Positions 15,182-27,200 of a stretch of 64,000 bases of DNA are shown piece after piece. The stretch lies in NCBI RefSeq assembly GCF_964194025.1, contig NC_134473.1, positions 21,824,001 through 21,888,000 of the forward strand. Reading direction: 5' to 3'. Position numbers and translations under genes: made by a program. Positions within the stretch are counted from its first letter, which is position 1. Each line of letters begins with the position of its first letter. The notes beneath the pieces were generated by a model. It made no database searches. It was not told where the DNA came from and saw only the letters and a program-made list of their open reading frames with translations. The DNA is from Convolutriloba macropyga. Taxonomy: Eukaryota.

Positions 15182-16157
15182 TAAAAATATTTGATTCTAA
15201 TTGTTAGCTTCATTTATTGCATTTATTGCATTCTGTCTATTACACTACTAGTGGCTGGTGTTACGATTTTTAATTCAATTATCCGGATTGAAGTATTCAG
15301 GCAATCGAGGGAGCAACATTTGTGGGTGTAAATCAGTACAGTCCTAACAACAATACGAACAAGCAAACATTTTTTAGAAATTTTAATTGAGGTTTGTGCT
15401 AGCCAGTATCTCACTCGAATCCTTTTAACGAGAAAAATTGAAAATTCTACAGTCAGGGACAATATTAGATCTTTTTAAAATGAAGTTACTATTAGAGACT
15501 TTTACGCGTTTTTACGGATTTCATTTAGGTTTATGATAATATTTATGATGCATCCTTTTTCTAGCAGTTTTTCAATGCTCCCCTATTTGTCAAAAATTGT
15601 GTTTAAAAAAGCAAGTACTTTGGCTGCGTGTGCCTCCTGAAAACGTAAAATTTTTGCTGACGCAAGCGTCTGTGCTTGATTTTTCTTCAAAGCCGTGATG
15701 TCATGCGTTGTAGGCTGTCAAATGCGGAACTGTAATGTTTTTTGCTAGGCTCATAATCATACCTACCTTTTCGTTATAATCTACTCTTGCGAGTTATAAT
15801 TTTAAATTTATCTTAAAAACCTGATCAATATTTGTGATGCCTAGACCGCTTTCCCTCTAACACTAAATGCCACTAATCGACTCCAAAAAGTTGGATATTT
15901 TTCAACCATCTTTTTAAAACGAGCCAACATAATGCATTATAGAAATAGAGTAGTGTTGACCAAGATCACAAACCCGAACATTAATTAGATAACTTCTTCA
16001 AGCAGAGATATTTTTATATTGCCCCATAATATTTCTGAAAGATGATATCTGGCGTTTCTATTACTAGTAGTCTTGATTCCTGTTTCAGATGTCTGTGTCA
16101 CAGTCATACGTTTTTCGTAGCCATAATGATGATCGTAACTATATCCATTCTTTGATT

Positions 16158-16307
16158 TTATGGTTGCTGTTGCAGCTGTGCAAGTAGATCGGCAAATGCT
16201 GGACTCCCTTGACCTCTAGGGCCGGCCAGAAGTTCTCGGAATACCAAAGTCTGTTCACACACTACGTAGTGGTCCGTCCCGCCTTCACACACGTAGTCGT
16301 CCAGACC
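16158..16307 (-). CDS. C-type lectin domain protein, exon 4 (terminal): GLDDYVCEGGTDHYVVCEQ...QLQQQP*
   Basis: Acceptor ttttag|GGT, phase 0, matching the exon 3 donor. Supplies the last two CTLD cysteines (D-x2-C-x9-CE). Stop TAA at 16160-16158. GC-rich island in AT-rich DNA. Confidence 0.85.
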   Translation of the reverse strand, partial: GLDDYVCEGGTDHYVVCEQTLVFRELLAGPRGQGSPAFADLLAQLQQQP

Positions 16308-16929
16308 CTAAAATGTTCGACAGTTCGAAGAAATCAATCGCTTAGTTTTGATTCAATTGGGAATGTTTCATAATATATCTTAAATATCCTCTTTCAGAAC
16401 TGAATGTGCCGCGATTTGATTAGTGTGCTTATTTGTGTCTATTCTTTTTAAACCCCCTCCCGTTACAAATTATATGTTCTCATATAGACCGTTACTATGT
16501 AAAAAGTAGCACGTGCGCCTGGGAGGACGAGGTTAGTTTTGCCTTGTTTCTCAATGCTTACCGGTTATCAAATGCAAGTGCTATGCGAGTGGGTACTTTA
16601 ATTATCTCGATTTAGAATATCTCGGCGCGATAGTGATGAAGATTTTTGATCTTGAAATGACGTCAAATGCAGAACTTACAAAGCTTTCGATAGTGTTTCG
16701 AAAATACAATTTTCACCAGCATGGCCATAGCTAATTACATATTGGCATTTTAGAAAATGGTGTCGGAGTTTACCTACCAAAACATTCTGCCCACCAATTT
16801 TTCATTTATATTCCCGCTTTGAGATCTCTAAAAATGATGACATTCAAATGAGGATTTTTTTGAAAATTTCGAAAGTGTAACCGGATAAATCCAATTGTGC
16901 ATCAATTTTGGTTTTAACTTAACTATAGT

Positions 16930-18780
16930 TTTCAAGAGTTCATAAGTTCCTGAAAAGTATTTCAGCTTCTAGTTCTTGGGGAAGGACTTCTTGCTCAGGG
17001 CTTTTGCAGAATTTGCTCACATTTTGTTTTTAAAAACTTTTTCCTACATAGTCCTTGACTGCAATTTGATTTAACTTAAGACGGGCTTCGACATGCACTG
17101 AGATTACTGCGAAGATGAAGAATTGTCATGCACTAAGTTTTTCGTGAGACTAGAGAATCTGCTTCGAACAAAGGCTTGTAATATCTGTTCCTGTTATAAA
17201 AATGGATCTTTTTGATCAATATTCTGGTCCTAAAATTGTATTGTTTTTATCAACATGGAACAAAGAACATTCTCATTGGGAAGTGACTGACTTTTCAGCA
17301 AACACTTCCTTATATTTTTCCACTTTTTGACATAAAGTCTTCTTCAGTATTAAGGCCTTGAAATTTTTCATTTTTCAAACTGTAGTGTATTGATCAACAT
17401 GTGACAGAAAATAATATTTTCGGAATAGGACCATATTTTGCCGGGCCTCCTTCTAAATCTCCAATGAAGTGGAACTATTAAACCAACTTCATTACTTATT
17501 TATTCTAAGATCTCTTTTCAAGTCTAAAAGATTTGGTTATTGGCTTCGGAACCCGAGTTTTTTTTGCTCATAGTTTCCAGTGGTTTCGGAAAAAGCTCAC
17601 GGAAAAAATCACTTAATTTTAGATAAGAAATAAACTGCCGCCTTTACTTTAAACGAACTGTGCATCTAGCGCTTTTGGCCATGTTGCGCGGGATACGGCC
17701 ATGCCTTAGCGGCCCATAGGATTTGATATAAAACTATCACAACCGAAGAAATTATCACGACCAAAATTCAAAGCGGTTTATTTTCTATTTGAAACTTTGA
17801 AAAATTCATAAACTCCTGCTAAGTATTCCAGCTATGCAACTCAATTCCAGCTTCTAACATTTGAGGAAAGACTTCTTACTCAGGGCATTTAAAGTATTTG
17901 CTCACAGCTGGTTTTCAATTTTTTTCCTTAATAGTCATTAACTTTAATTTGATTCAATTTGAAACGGGATTCAAGATGCACTAAGATTACTATGAAGATG
18001 AAGATCTGTCAAACAATGAGTTTTTCATGAGAATAGAGAATCTTCGTCAAAAAAGGCTTGTAATCTGGTAATCTGTGTTTCTGTTATAAAAATATTCTTT
18101 TGATCAATGTTCAGGTCCTAAAATTATATTTTATTGATCAACATAGGACAAAAAATTGATCTCATTGGGAAGTGGCTGACGTTTCTGCAAATATTATCCT
18201 TATATTTTTGCATTTGCTTTCTTTGACGTAAAGTCCTCTTCAGTAATTTTTTCCATTTTTCAAATTGTAGTATATTATTCAACATCTGACATCAAATTGT
18301 TCTCATTGGGAGATGGTTGGTTTTTAATTCGAGGCGGTGTTATTTGTCAAATTTTCGTCAAATTGATGTCCTATGTTTTAGTGCAAGTTCTTGATTGTAG
18401 TCTATTGATCAACAGAGGACAAAAAATTACATTTTCAGTATGGGACCATTTTTTGCCGACCAACCTTTTAATTCTCTGATGAAGTGTGACTATTAAAATA
18501 ACGTCAATACATATTTAAATTAATATCCATTTTCAAGCCTAAAAGTTTTGGTTATTGGCTTCGGAACCCGCGTTTTTTGCTTATAGGTTCATGTGTTTTC
18601 GGAAAAAAAAACTACTTAATTTTTTGATAGGGAGTAAACCACCACATAACTTTTAAAGACCTATGCATTTAACGCGTTTGATCATGCCCTTTGGGCTACG
18701 GCCATGCTTCAGTGGCCCGTGGGACTTGATATGAAACTTTCAAAACCGAACAAATTATCACAACGAAAATTCAAATTAAA
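16930..18780. repeat. Diverged tandem duplication, ~885-bp unit x2 (lectin intron 3)
   Basis: CAGCTTCTA..GACTTCTT.CTCAGGGC at ~16963 and ~17848; GGTTATTGGCTTCGGAACCCG at ~17535 and ~18550. Confidence 0.85.
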
Positions 18781-19329
18781 AGTGTTTTTTCCCGTTGGGG
18801 TTCGTTACCTATCTAAATTTATCTGGTGTTTTCTGTAGGGTTTGTTTCCTAGATTCAGTTGCTTGTATTGTTTCCTTAATTAGTTCTTTTAATCTCGAAT
18901 TTCACTGACGGCTCTGTAATCACTTCAATTAATCTCGGAATACACTGACGATCGGATTTTGCTTTTGCGGATTATATTTTTTGAGGAAATTATGGCTCGT
19001 AACTATACATGCACTACTCACGTTAATTTTTGGATTTCGGTTCTAAATTTTCAAGCAAATGCCCAATTTCAACTCGTGAAACACATTTTCAACGAGTTTT
19101 CTTAAATTGAAACAAAGAAAAAAATTACTCTTAAATTAGGCGTTTGAGAGGTCGGTTTTGAAAAGCTCTCGCCTATGGTTAATAGAAGGAACTGCCTTAA
19201 AAATTAGAGCACAGTTACGCGCCCTTTATTTCTGGCAATATCGACATACATTATGGTACCAAAAAACTATGTATACCAAAAGATTTCTTAAAAAGCAATA
19301 CAAACATCAAATAATAAAAAAATTTGAGT

Positions 19330-20230
19330 TCAAATTTGTTCTCTAATAACGCGTCATTACACTTTTAGCTGTTTTTAACGTCTAGCAAACGGTTTGTATA
19401 GTTTTCATACAGTTTTCTCTCGACGTTTGCGTCAATTTCCTTCCAAATTTCGTACAATTTTTCTTCTGAATTTTCCGAAAAAATTTTTTGTTTTCGTAAT
19501 TGTTGCCTCATAATCGCCCATATATTTTCAATAGAATTCAGAACTGAACTGTATGCTGGCCATTCCAGTACCTTTCACTCGTTTTCTTGGAACAAATTGC
19601 CGATAATCTTCGATTTATGCGCAGGGGCATCGTCTTGTTGGAAAATAATGTCCAGGAAATGCATTTTTTCTTCGTAATTTAAAAAAAATTTCAAATAACC
19701 GACAGCGTTTACCTTGTTTGAACACTTCACAACCAATTTCCAGTCATTTGATTTTAATACACCCCTTTAATGATAATCGTATGTCAGAACTCAAATTTTT
19801 TGTGTTCCTTTTTCGAGAAACCTCGTTTCATTTCCTCAAAAAATTCTTGACAATTCCGTCGCTGTAGATGCAAATACTTGTTTCATTAGCAAAAACAACA
19901 TTCTGTCAGATCGCAAAAAGCTTTTTGAGCATTTTGATGCATCATTGTGAACGAAAATACTTAATTTTCTTCTTCAAACTAACTTTTTTGCCGCATTTGT
20001 TAAAAAGACGCCATGTTTTTTCGAGAAGTCGTCTAACTGTACCTATGGAACTAGTATCGTAGCATGAGAAAGTTTTATGAGCCCTTCTAATGCGCTCCAG
20101 TGAGGTTTTGGGATCTTTCAAAACATTGGTAATTAACTTTTTTTCTGATTTTTTTGCGACAATTTTGGGGGTCTTCCGCCCAATTTTTGTGCCTCAAAAC
20201 TATTATTTTTCATGTAACGTTTGTGTTCTT
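19330..20230 (-). mobile_element. Tc1/mariner-superfamily transposase remnant (pseudogene)
   Basis: The minus strand encodes DIIFQQDDAPAH (~19618-19653) and VLEWPAYSSVLNSIENIWAIM (~19510-19572), the FQQDNAP-H and WPxxSPDLNPIENxW motifs of Tc1. Frame-broken; TIRs not identified. Confidence 0.75.
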
Positions 20231-20529
20231 ACTGTGCACTGGATCTTGATTTCAAGTTGAGTCGTTTCTGTTTTTATACAATGATAATTCAACATCTCGT
20301 AGCGCATTGGGTAACAAATTGGCAAACATTGAAACAACAAAGCCGTTTAACCATCTTTTTTGTTAAAAGCGGAGAAAGTGAGAACGAAATTTCTCCTAAT
20401 ACTTCTAAATTTCACACCTTTTTTAACGCCTTTGTGCAAACCCTCTATACTTTAATTGTATGACATCATAAGGCAACATTTTTAAGCGTCAAATTTACGC
20501 ATTTTTAAGGGGCCTTTCGGCGTGCATGC

Positions 20530-21620
20530 TTTAGAGGCGCATTGGGCAGCATGGTTAAGCGAACATATCGAGAGAAGTCAATGACTTAAAAGGTTTAAAG
20601 TAGATGAGTGAGAACCCAACCCGGGAAAAAAGGCCTGTTAGTCAAGTCTGGGTGCCACAAGGCTATGAAAGCTTGAAATTATGCTCGCCCAGAGGGAGGA
20701 CTTACTGTCCTGCGTATAACGTCATTTGAATTGCTCTCAAATGAGTTCATTGTTCACGCTTCTTTGCTGGATCACAGTTGCTCTCGGTATGAAATATGTT
20801 TATTGTAACAAAAAATTGCTCCTGGAAACGGTGGTTAGTAGTGATTATTATGCAGTTGATAAGTTTGAGGACTGCTAATCAGAGGGTCATGGTTTCGAAC
20901 CCGTGTAGTGTACCTTCCGTTTTATGGCCATGAAAATCTATCATCTAGACCTTGCTGCCTAGCGTTCGGGAGAAATTTTTGCGAGTTTAATTGTTTTATG
21001 AAACGCGTGTGCTCTATCTTTGGGGAAAATTTTCTGCATGTTTAAGGGTCTTTAGGAGCACGTGCTCAAGAGCCGCATCGAGCAGCATGGTTAACTGAAC
21101 ACCTAGAGAAGGTTCAATGACATAAAACCTCAAAAAAGATCGATGAGAACCAAACCCGGGACAAATAACTTTTAGTTAGGTGCGGTTACCATCAGGTTAT
21201 GAGGGCTTGAAAGTATGCTCGCCCAGAGGGAGGATTTACTGTCCTGCGTTCTTCGTGCATTTGAATTGCTCTCGAACGAAATGCTCTCGAACGAACTTGT
21301 GTATGTTCTTTTGCAAAATTTTAGCCTTACAGTTTCCGCGCTTTTCTAGAATAGTCTTCATTTTCTTCCAAATTAGTTTTTCGCGCTTTATTTATGATTT
21401 TTGCTTGCTCTCAATTACTCTCAATCTGAAATACCTTTATTGTTAACCTAAAAGTGATCGCGAAAAAACGGGATTAGTAGCTTTTATAGCGCAGTTAAAA
21501 ATGGAGGAACGCTAATAACATAGCAGGGTTGTTGTTTCGAAATCTTTTTTGAGTACCTTCTTTTTTGTATCAGTTAAAATTTCTATTCTACACCATACTG
21601 CCTGGCGTTCGAGAGCAAAT
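20530..21620 (+). repeat. Diverged tandem pair (~540-bp unit) with tRNA/SINE-like A- and B-box remnants
   Basis: GCAGCATGGTTAA at ~20546 and ~21082; TATGCTCGCCCAGAGGGAGGA.TTACTGTCCTGCGT in both units; GGTTTCGAACCC at ~20891. Confidence 0.65.
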
Positions 21621-21829
21621 TTCGTTATTTTGTGAACCCTAGTGTGTGTATGTTTGGGGGGTGTTGACAATGGTTAATATTTTTTCTTTGTAGCAATTCT
21701 TCTTCCCTGTCTCTTGATCTTCTGTGGTTGTTGAATTTCATTTATAACGGAAATTTTTCGTAGAAATGGATGATTTTGTTTTTGTTTTATTTATGATCGA
21801 ATGATTTTTTGAGAAATCATTCTTCACAC

Positions 21830-22165
21830 TTTTTCTTCTTTATTCCTTTTTTTCCCAACTCTCTCTATCTTTCTCTATCTCTTTCTTTTCTCTCTTTATA
21901 TTTCTCGTCTGCCTTTGTTCCTTTTCTTGCTTTCATTTTTTCTTTATTTTTCTCTCTCTTTCTTGCTTTGTTTCTCTCTCTCATCCTATCTATCTTTCTC
22001 TCTGTGTGTGTGTTTGTGTTTGATTATGATTTTGTTTCTCCTCTCTCTCCTTTTTCCCATTTTCTCTCTCCTTTATCTCTCACACCCTTTGTTTCTTTCT
22101 CTATTTATTTCCTCCTCTTTCTCTCAGTCTCTCGTTTTTTTTCTTCTTTTTTTCATTCTCTCACA
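21830..22165. repeat. CT-rich low-complexity tract / degenerate microsatellite
   Basis: Mostly T/C with (CT)n and (GT)n runs. Explains the spurious F/L/S-rich ORFs. Confidence 0.9.
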
Positions 22166-23501
22166 ATTTTGTACGCTGCACATAACGATTGCGCAAAATT
22201 GAGAATTTGGTCCCCCGATAAAGGGTGGGTCAAAACCGTATATATCAAAGATCTACAGACAGAGTGAATTGAAAAAATCAGTCAGCTGTCTCTCTCTTCC
22301 ACGGCTTTTTTTGGTTACGCACAGGTTGAATTTTTATATAGCTGTTGATTTGCGGTTCTATTACCATTATCCAAAAAGTTGCTTAAATTAAGTATGAGCA
22401 TTTCTAGTTGTGTTGACTAATCTTCCTCTGTTATATTAAACATCAGTCGTACTTGAGCACAATGGTTAACAGCACTCCTATCTTGACATGATTTAAAGGT
22501 CTCAATGATGCAGCCTAGCATAATGCATGCGTTTTGAGACGCGCCTTTTTGTCATTCTGAAACTCCTAATCTGCTCAACTTTTTAGGCATGCGGCATAGC
22601 AAAAACCAGCGACTCACAAATGCCATTGTCCAGAATTTTGCTGATGTAGATAGGGCATTAGACAAATACAGTACGCATCGGTTGCGTAAGTATTAAGATC
22701 TATGGCTGTTAAACGAGGGACAGGGGTTCGATTTCAGTTGGCTCGAAGCAGAAATCTTAATTTCTTTAAAACCTTCTTTTCCTTCAAATTAATTTCTTGT
22801 GATGATTTTGCGGCCCTGCTAGTGCTTATCATGCACGAATCATGCTTTAAAAGCAGAAATCATGCTGTACGTAGCTTTTTGGTACCATGTTGTAGTAAGG
22901 GATAACACTGAAGATATCATCAAAACAAGACATGTGATCACGAATTAGCTGTGTGAGACTTTGAAAAGTTTAGAAAAAGTATTACAAGTTTCATTAAAAA
23001 ATCTAAATGTCTGGACAAAGTGTATCGGTTCACCGTGTTTGCTGTAACTTTCGAGCAAAACTACAAATCTGTTCTAAAAAACAATTTGACAATTTTTCTC
23101 AGCAATTAATCTTTCACTCTGCCAAAAGTTATGCATAAAGCATGAAATTTACAATTGCGTGCTCTGCTTCTTGCATAGTCGCTTTTTTATTAACTTATGT
23201 CTTCCCTCGCATGTATACTCGTGCTTCTGTTAAGAGGGAATCCAACACCATGGCGCTACAATTATCCATTTTTTCTAGGCATTTTATTCATAACCTATTT
23301 CTTTCGATCGGGCGTCACTGCGTCGTCGTTAGCCTCACCTGAAATTGTTGAGCCAAAACTGTCTCAGTCAAGCAACCGAGCATCAAATGAATATCAGATG
23401 CAAATTTCTTCCTTCAGAAACTGGATTAATTGGAGTTATTGAAAGATAAAAAAACATTCCTTATCGACATTTCAGGAACCCGAAAAATCGGCCGAGTTTA
23501 C

Positions 23502-23743
23502 CTTGTAATTTGTTTTCCCAGGTTTCTTCCTAGCCACACACATTTCATCACGTGCGTCTGTTTTCTCCCCCGGCTGTCTATTACCCCAGAGTGCATGTGG
23601 CATCACCTCCTCAACTGGAAAATTGCTCACATACAGGTCTTTGTCCCTCCTAACTGCCAGCACATCTGCCAGAGTCGGGAAGTCAGTGCCAGGTCCATAG
23701 ACGAGTGGGGCTGCCCTCTTTCGCTTGTACTGACAGAAGTAAC
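23502..23743 (-). CDS. C-type lectin domain protein, exon 3: (G)YFCQYKRKRAAP...LWGNRQPGEKTDARDEMCVARKKPGKTNYK
   Basis: Acceptor ctttcag|GT (phase 1), donor AAG|gtaaac (phase 0). Carries the W-x3-QP...E-x-CV CTLD motif. Confidence 0.85.
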
Positions 23744-24025
23744 CTGAAAGCGTGCGCGTGAATGATGAAACATTGGTCTTAAAACAGTAAACTTCAGCTG
23801 GGAAATCGGCTCGTAAAAATTAGGGATTGGCTCCTTGAGCTGACTGTAAACAGATTGTAGGTCGACCCAAGATAAAGGATCATTTGAACTCTCAGCCATT
23901 GAGACACGAGGCCGAAATTTGCTTCTAATAACAAGCTCCGAGAAAAAATAGTTTTGACTATTCAGACATTAATATATTTGCGGCTGTCCTATTCACTGGT
24001 AGTAGGGACAGTTTATAATGGTAAC

Positions 24026-24211
24026 CTGGGATGCTGTTCCTTGGTACACCCTGACCAATGACATAGACATTGATAGCAGCGATCTCTTCCATGGTCTTTG
24101 GAGTCGGTAAGGTACTTTGGAACTCCTCCCCACAGTAGATCGCAGCCTCTGTCCTGTTCGCTGTGCCCTCCGACACTTGACGCATTGAGTAACAGGACTC
24201 CGGGGTAGCAC
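24026..24211 (-). CDS. C-type lectin domain protein, exon 2: (G)ATPESCYSMRQVSEGTANRTEAAIYCGEEFQSTLPTPKTMEEIAAINVYVIGQGVPRNSIP
   Basis: Acceptor tttttcag|GT (phase 1); SCY...EA-x3-C...LPTP-x3-E CTLD N-terminal half. Donor placed at CCAG|gttacc; a phase-1 alternative, CAGG|gtgtac, lies 21 nt earlier. Confidence 0.82.
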
Positions 24212-27200
24212 CTGAAAAAGTATTGAGCAAAAATGTTAAATTTGAACTATCAGACAAAAATTTCTACATTTCTCACACTCAAATTTGTATTGCCATTACC
24301 ATCAAAAACTAAGCGCTAAATATCGATCAATGGGATGAATGGTCTAACTTTTTAAAATTTGCCCCTAAAATTACTTTTTTTCGTTCCCAGTAGAGTGAAA
24401 ACTTTAATGTTAAAACTTTTAATAAAAAAGTTGAAATTCTGATATGCAAGTGAGTATCACCCTATGAAAACAAAAATTGAAACGAGACACGACAAAAGTT
24501 CTCTGTTTTTTTCCTTCTAGCGACCGTACCAAGTCTTTTTTTTTTCAAAAATACTTTACCTGCCTGTTAAAATTTTTATTTAAAAATTATAAAGCATTTT
24601 CAGAAAATTTGGATTTTTCTGCCTTTAGTTTCAAAAGCCCGAGGTGTGGTGGTTTAAGTTTCACAGTCGGAGACCGATAATATTTTAATAGACAACTGCA
24701 AATGCCGTACGCATTTAAATAAAAATTTGCAATTTTTCACCGAGCTCGAATTTTTTTTCTTGCCAAATCAATTTGCTTTGCTTGTTAAGTGCCACCATTT
24801 TAGCTCTACATGTAATGCGTTTCAAATGAAGAAAGTAACACCGTTTTTAACTCTCAGTCCCTATAAATTAAGTCCCTATAAAAGTCCAAAACCACTACAT
24901 ATATTTTGCCTAAATTTTCTGAGAAATTTAAAACGGTTCCGTTTTTCTGCGCAATATGAAACAGAAATAGAAATGAAGGTGGAATTAAATGACCACTTTT
25001 TTGATTTTTAAACAAAACTGATTCTTTTGAACAAAACTGACGCAAGCGTTTTCAGAAAAGGCAACTATCAGCTTTTTCAGTGTTCCCTAATTAAGTTTTT
25101 TTTGAATTTGTTTTTATTACTGTCACCTTTACTTATTTTTCATTTCTGTATTGAAGACCTTTTGCGTTTAAATTTAAGTAAAAAATTGAAACTGTCAGAA
25201 TCAAAATAAATTAACACCAAACAATCATCGAATCAATTTAAAACCGTTTCAAAACTAATCAATATTGGTGAGATTTGGTTTTCGGTTTCATTCTATTGAA
25301 TACCACTTAATGGATGAGGCCAATAATTTTTTTCAACTGAGCATAAAATGAACACGTGTCACCAATTGAAAAATATAAGACTACAGCATAATCTGTTATA
25401 GATAATTCGCGGGTTTTCGCTTTGATTGTTAAGAAAATTGTCGAAAAAAAACACTCGATTTTTCCATTAATTTAACTTTAATTTGAGAGTTAGACAAATT
25501 AAAGAAAGATTGATCGACAAAATTTTAAAACGCGACTTTCATAAGTACTAGCTTCGGAAAAATAGTTTACTAGCAACACTACATATGAAGGGTCTTAAGA
25601 GAGTTTAGTTTTTTTAAAGAATTAGGTCCTATGTAATTTAAAAAATTCAAAAGGTCGGTTTTCAGGCTAAGTTTTCCGTGTATTGGTTCTACCAGTAATA
25701 GAAATTTACTAGTTCCAGCTAAGTGTTTTTTTAAGTATTAGATTGCACTTTGTACGATTTAAAAAGTTTATTAACAGGAAGACAAATTAAATTATGGATC
25801 AGTCTATTCTGTATTTGATGGCTGAAGCGAGAGAACAAAATGAACTCAAATGTTTTTTCCTGTAAAGGGAAAAAATTAAAATGCTAAGTACGCTCCCCCA
25901 GAACTCCAGATTTTATTACTTCACTGTGCATGACTTTTAAACCATACTGACCGTATGTGTTGATCCAATGATGTTTCGTGTCACTCTAAATCTAGGAACA
26001 TAACATTTCAAAAAATGCGCAGATAATGTTTACTTAGTGTTTGAGAGAAATATTCAACGAGAGTAGTTCTTTTGGTAATCGTATTTTTTCCTTTATACTA
26101 TACTTATGCTGGCTGTTCTTATCAGTTTCCAAAATAATCGGAAATGTCTTTCAGCTTCAATTGTTATTAACCATTGTTCGAAACTGAGCAACGTGTTTCT
26201 ATACAGATACTATTATGATCGTCGTTCATTTGCTGCATTGTACTTGAAATGAAAAATAGCGAACGTTAATTAAATTAGGTAAAAGCAATGTTTTAAATAA
26301 TCTGAGACCTGCTTACTATAACAAAAATGCCAAAAAAAAAGATTTTTATTAGGTTAATTTCGGTGGTATTCTTCAACTTGACCTCCCAAAAATTTTAACT
26401 TCTTTGTCCTTCAGATTTATTGAGAGAGAGAGAGAGAACTAGCTCTACAGTTCCGGAATTTTCTTTTTTTTGTATTTTTTATACTCACATTTTTCATTTC
26501 TGTAACAGAAAGCTTTCTGTTTCAAACGAAAATCAACTGAGGGCGTGATATGTGAAACCAAGCATTTGTGAAACCGTTTTAATCTGTTTCTTTTGCATTT
26601 CCTGCTTCGCAGTTCCGCTGTTTACAAAACTATATATTTCCAAAATTAGACATTGTAAACATATTTTGTCGGTTTTGCCCCGCAACAAATGGCTCAGTTC
26701 CCGGACTTGACTTTGAGAGCATTCCAGTATTGAAGCAGCAATTTTATGCAGCAATTTGAAGCAGCAATCAGTTAGAAAAGCTAGTTCATGATTTTAAGGA
26801 TAACTTTATTCTAGGTGGTAGCGAGTTGGTAAATGTTTTTTGGTAGTTGTTTGTTTTCTCATGGTCTTTTCTAAATATACTTTCCTTGATTATAAACACT
26901 GACTAACTTGATGTTCTTGGGAAAAAGCCATTTTTATTGTGAGGTTGTCGATGATAGAACAAAAATGATGAAGCTCAAATTTTTCCAGAGGAGACATCAC
27001 TCTGACAGGTCCATTGACCTATTTGATGTTCTCCCCAAATGCATATAACTTCTTGATTGTAAATTGTTTGTGTAATCATTAAGTGAATTACTCGATATGT
27101 ATTTGAAAAAAAAATTCATTATTATTTCAACAGTTAAATCCCACAATTCGGAAGCAACAAATATCAAATGCTTTTCAAATTTCTTTATATGCAGTTTATG

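Noticed and set aside
21809-22267. 152-aa and 95-aa hydrophobic membrane-like ORFs
   Set aside because: They are translations of a CT-rich low-complexity tract.
23627-23899. ORF-track protein MAESSNDP... as the lectin exon frame
   Set aside because: The CTLD motifs and splice phases lie in a different frame.
26533-26754. 73-aa ORF as an additional lectin exon
   Set aside because: Exons 1 and 2 already join in frame with normal CTLD spacing, and the ORF has no lectin motifs.
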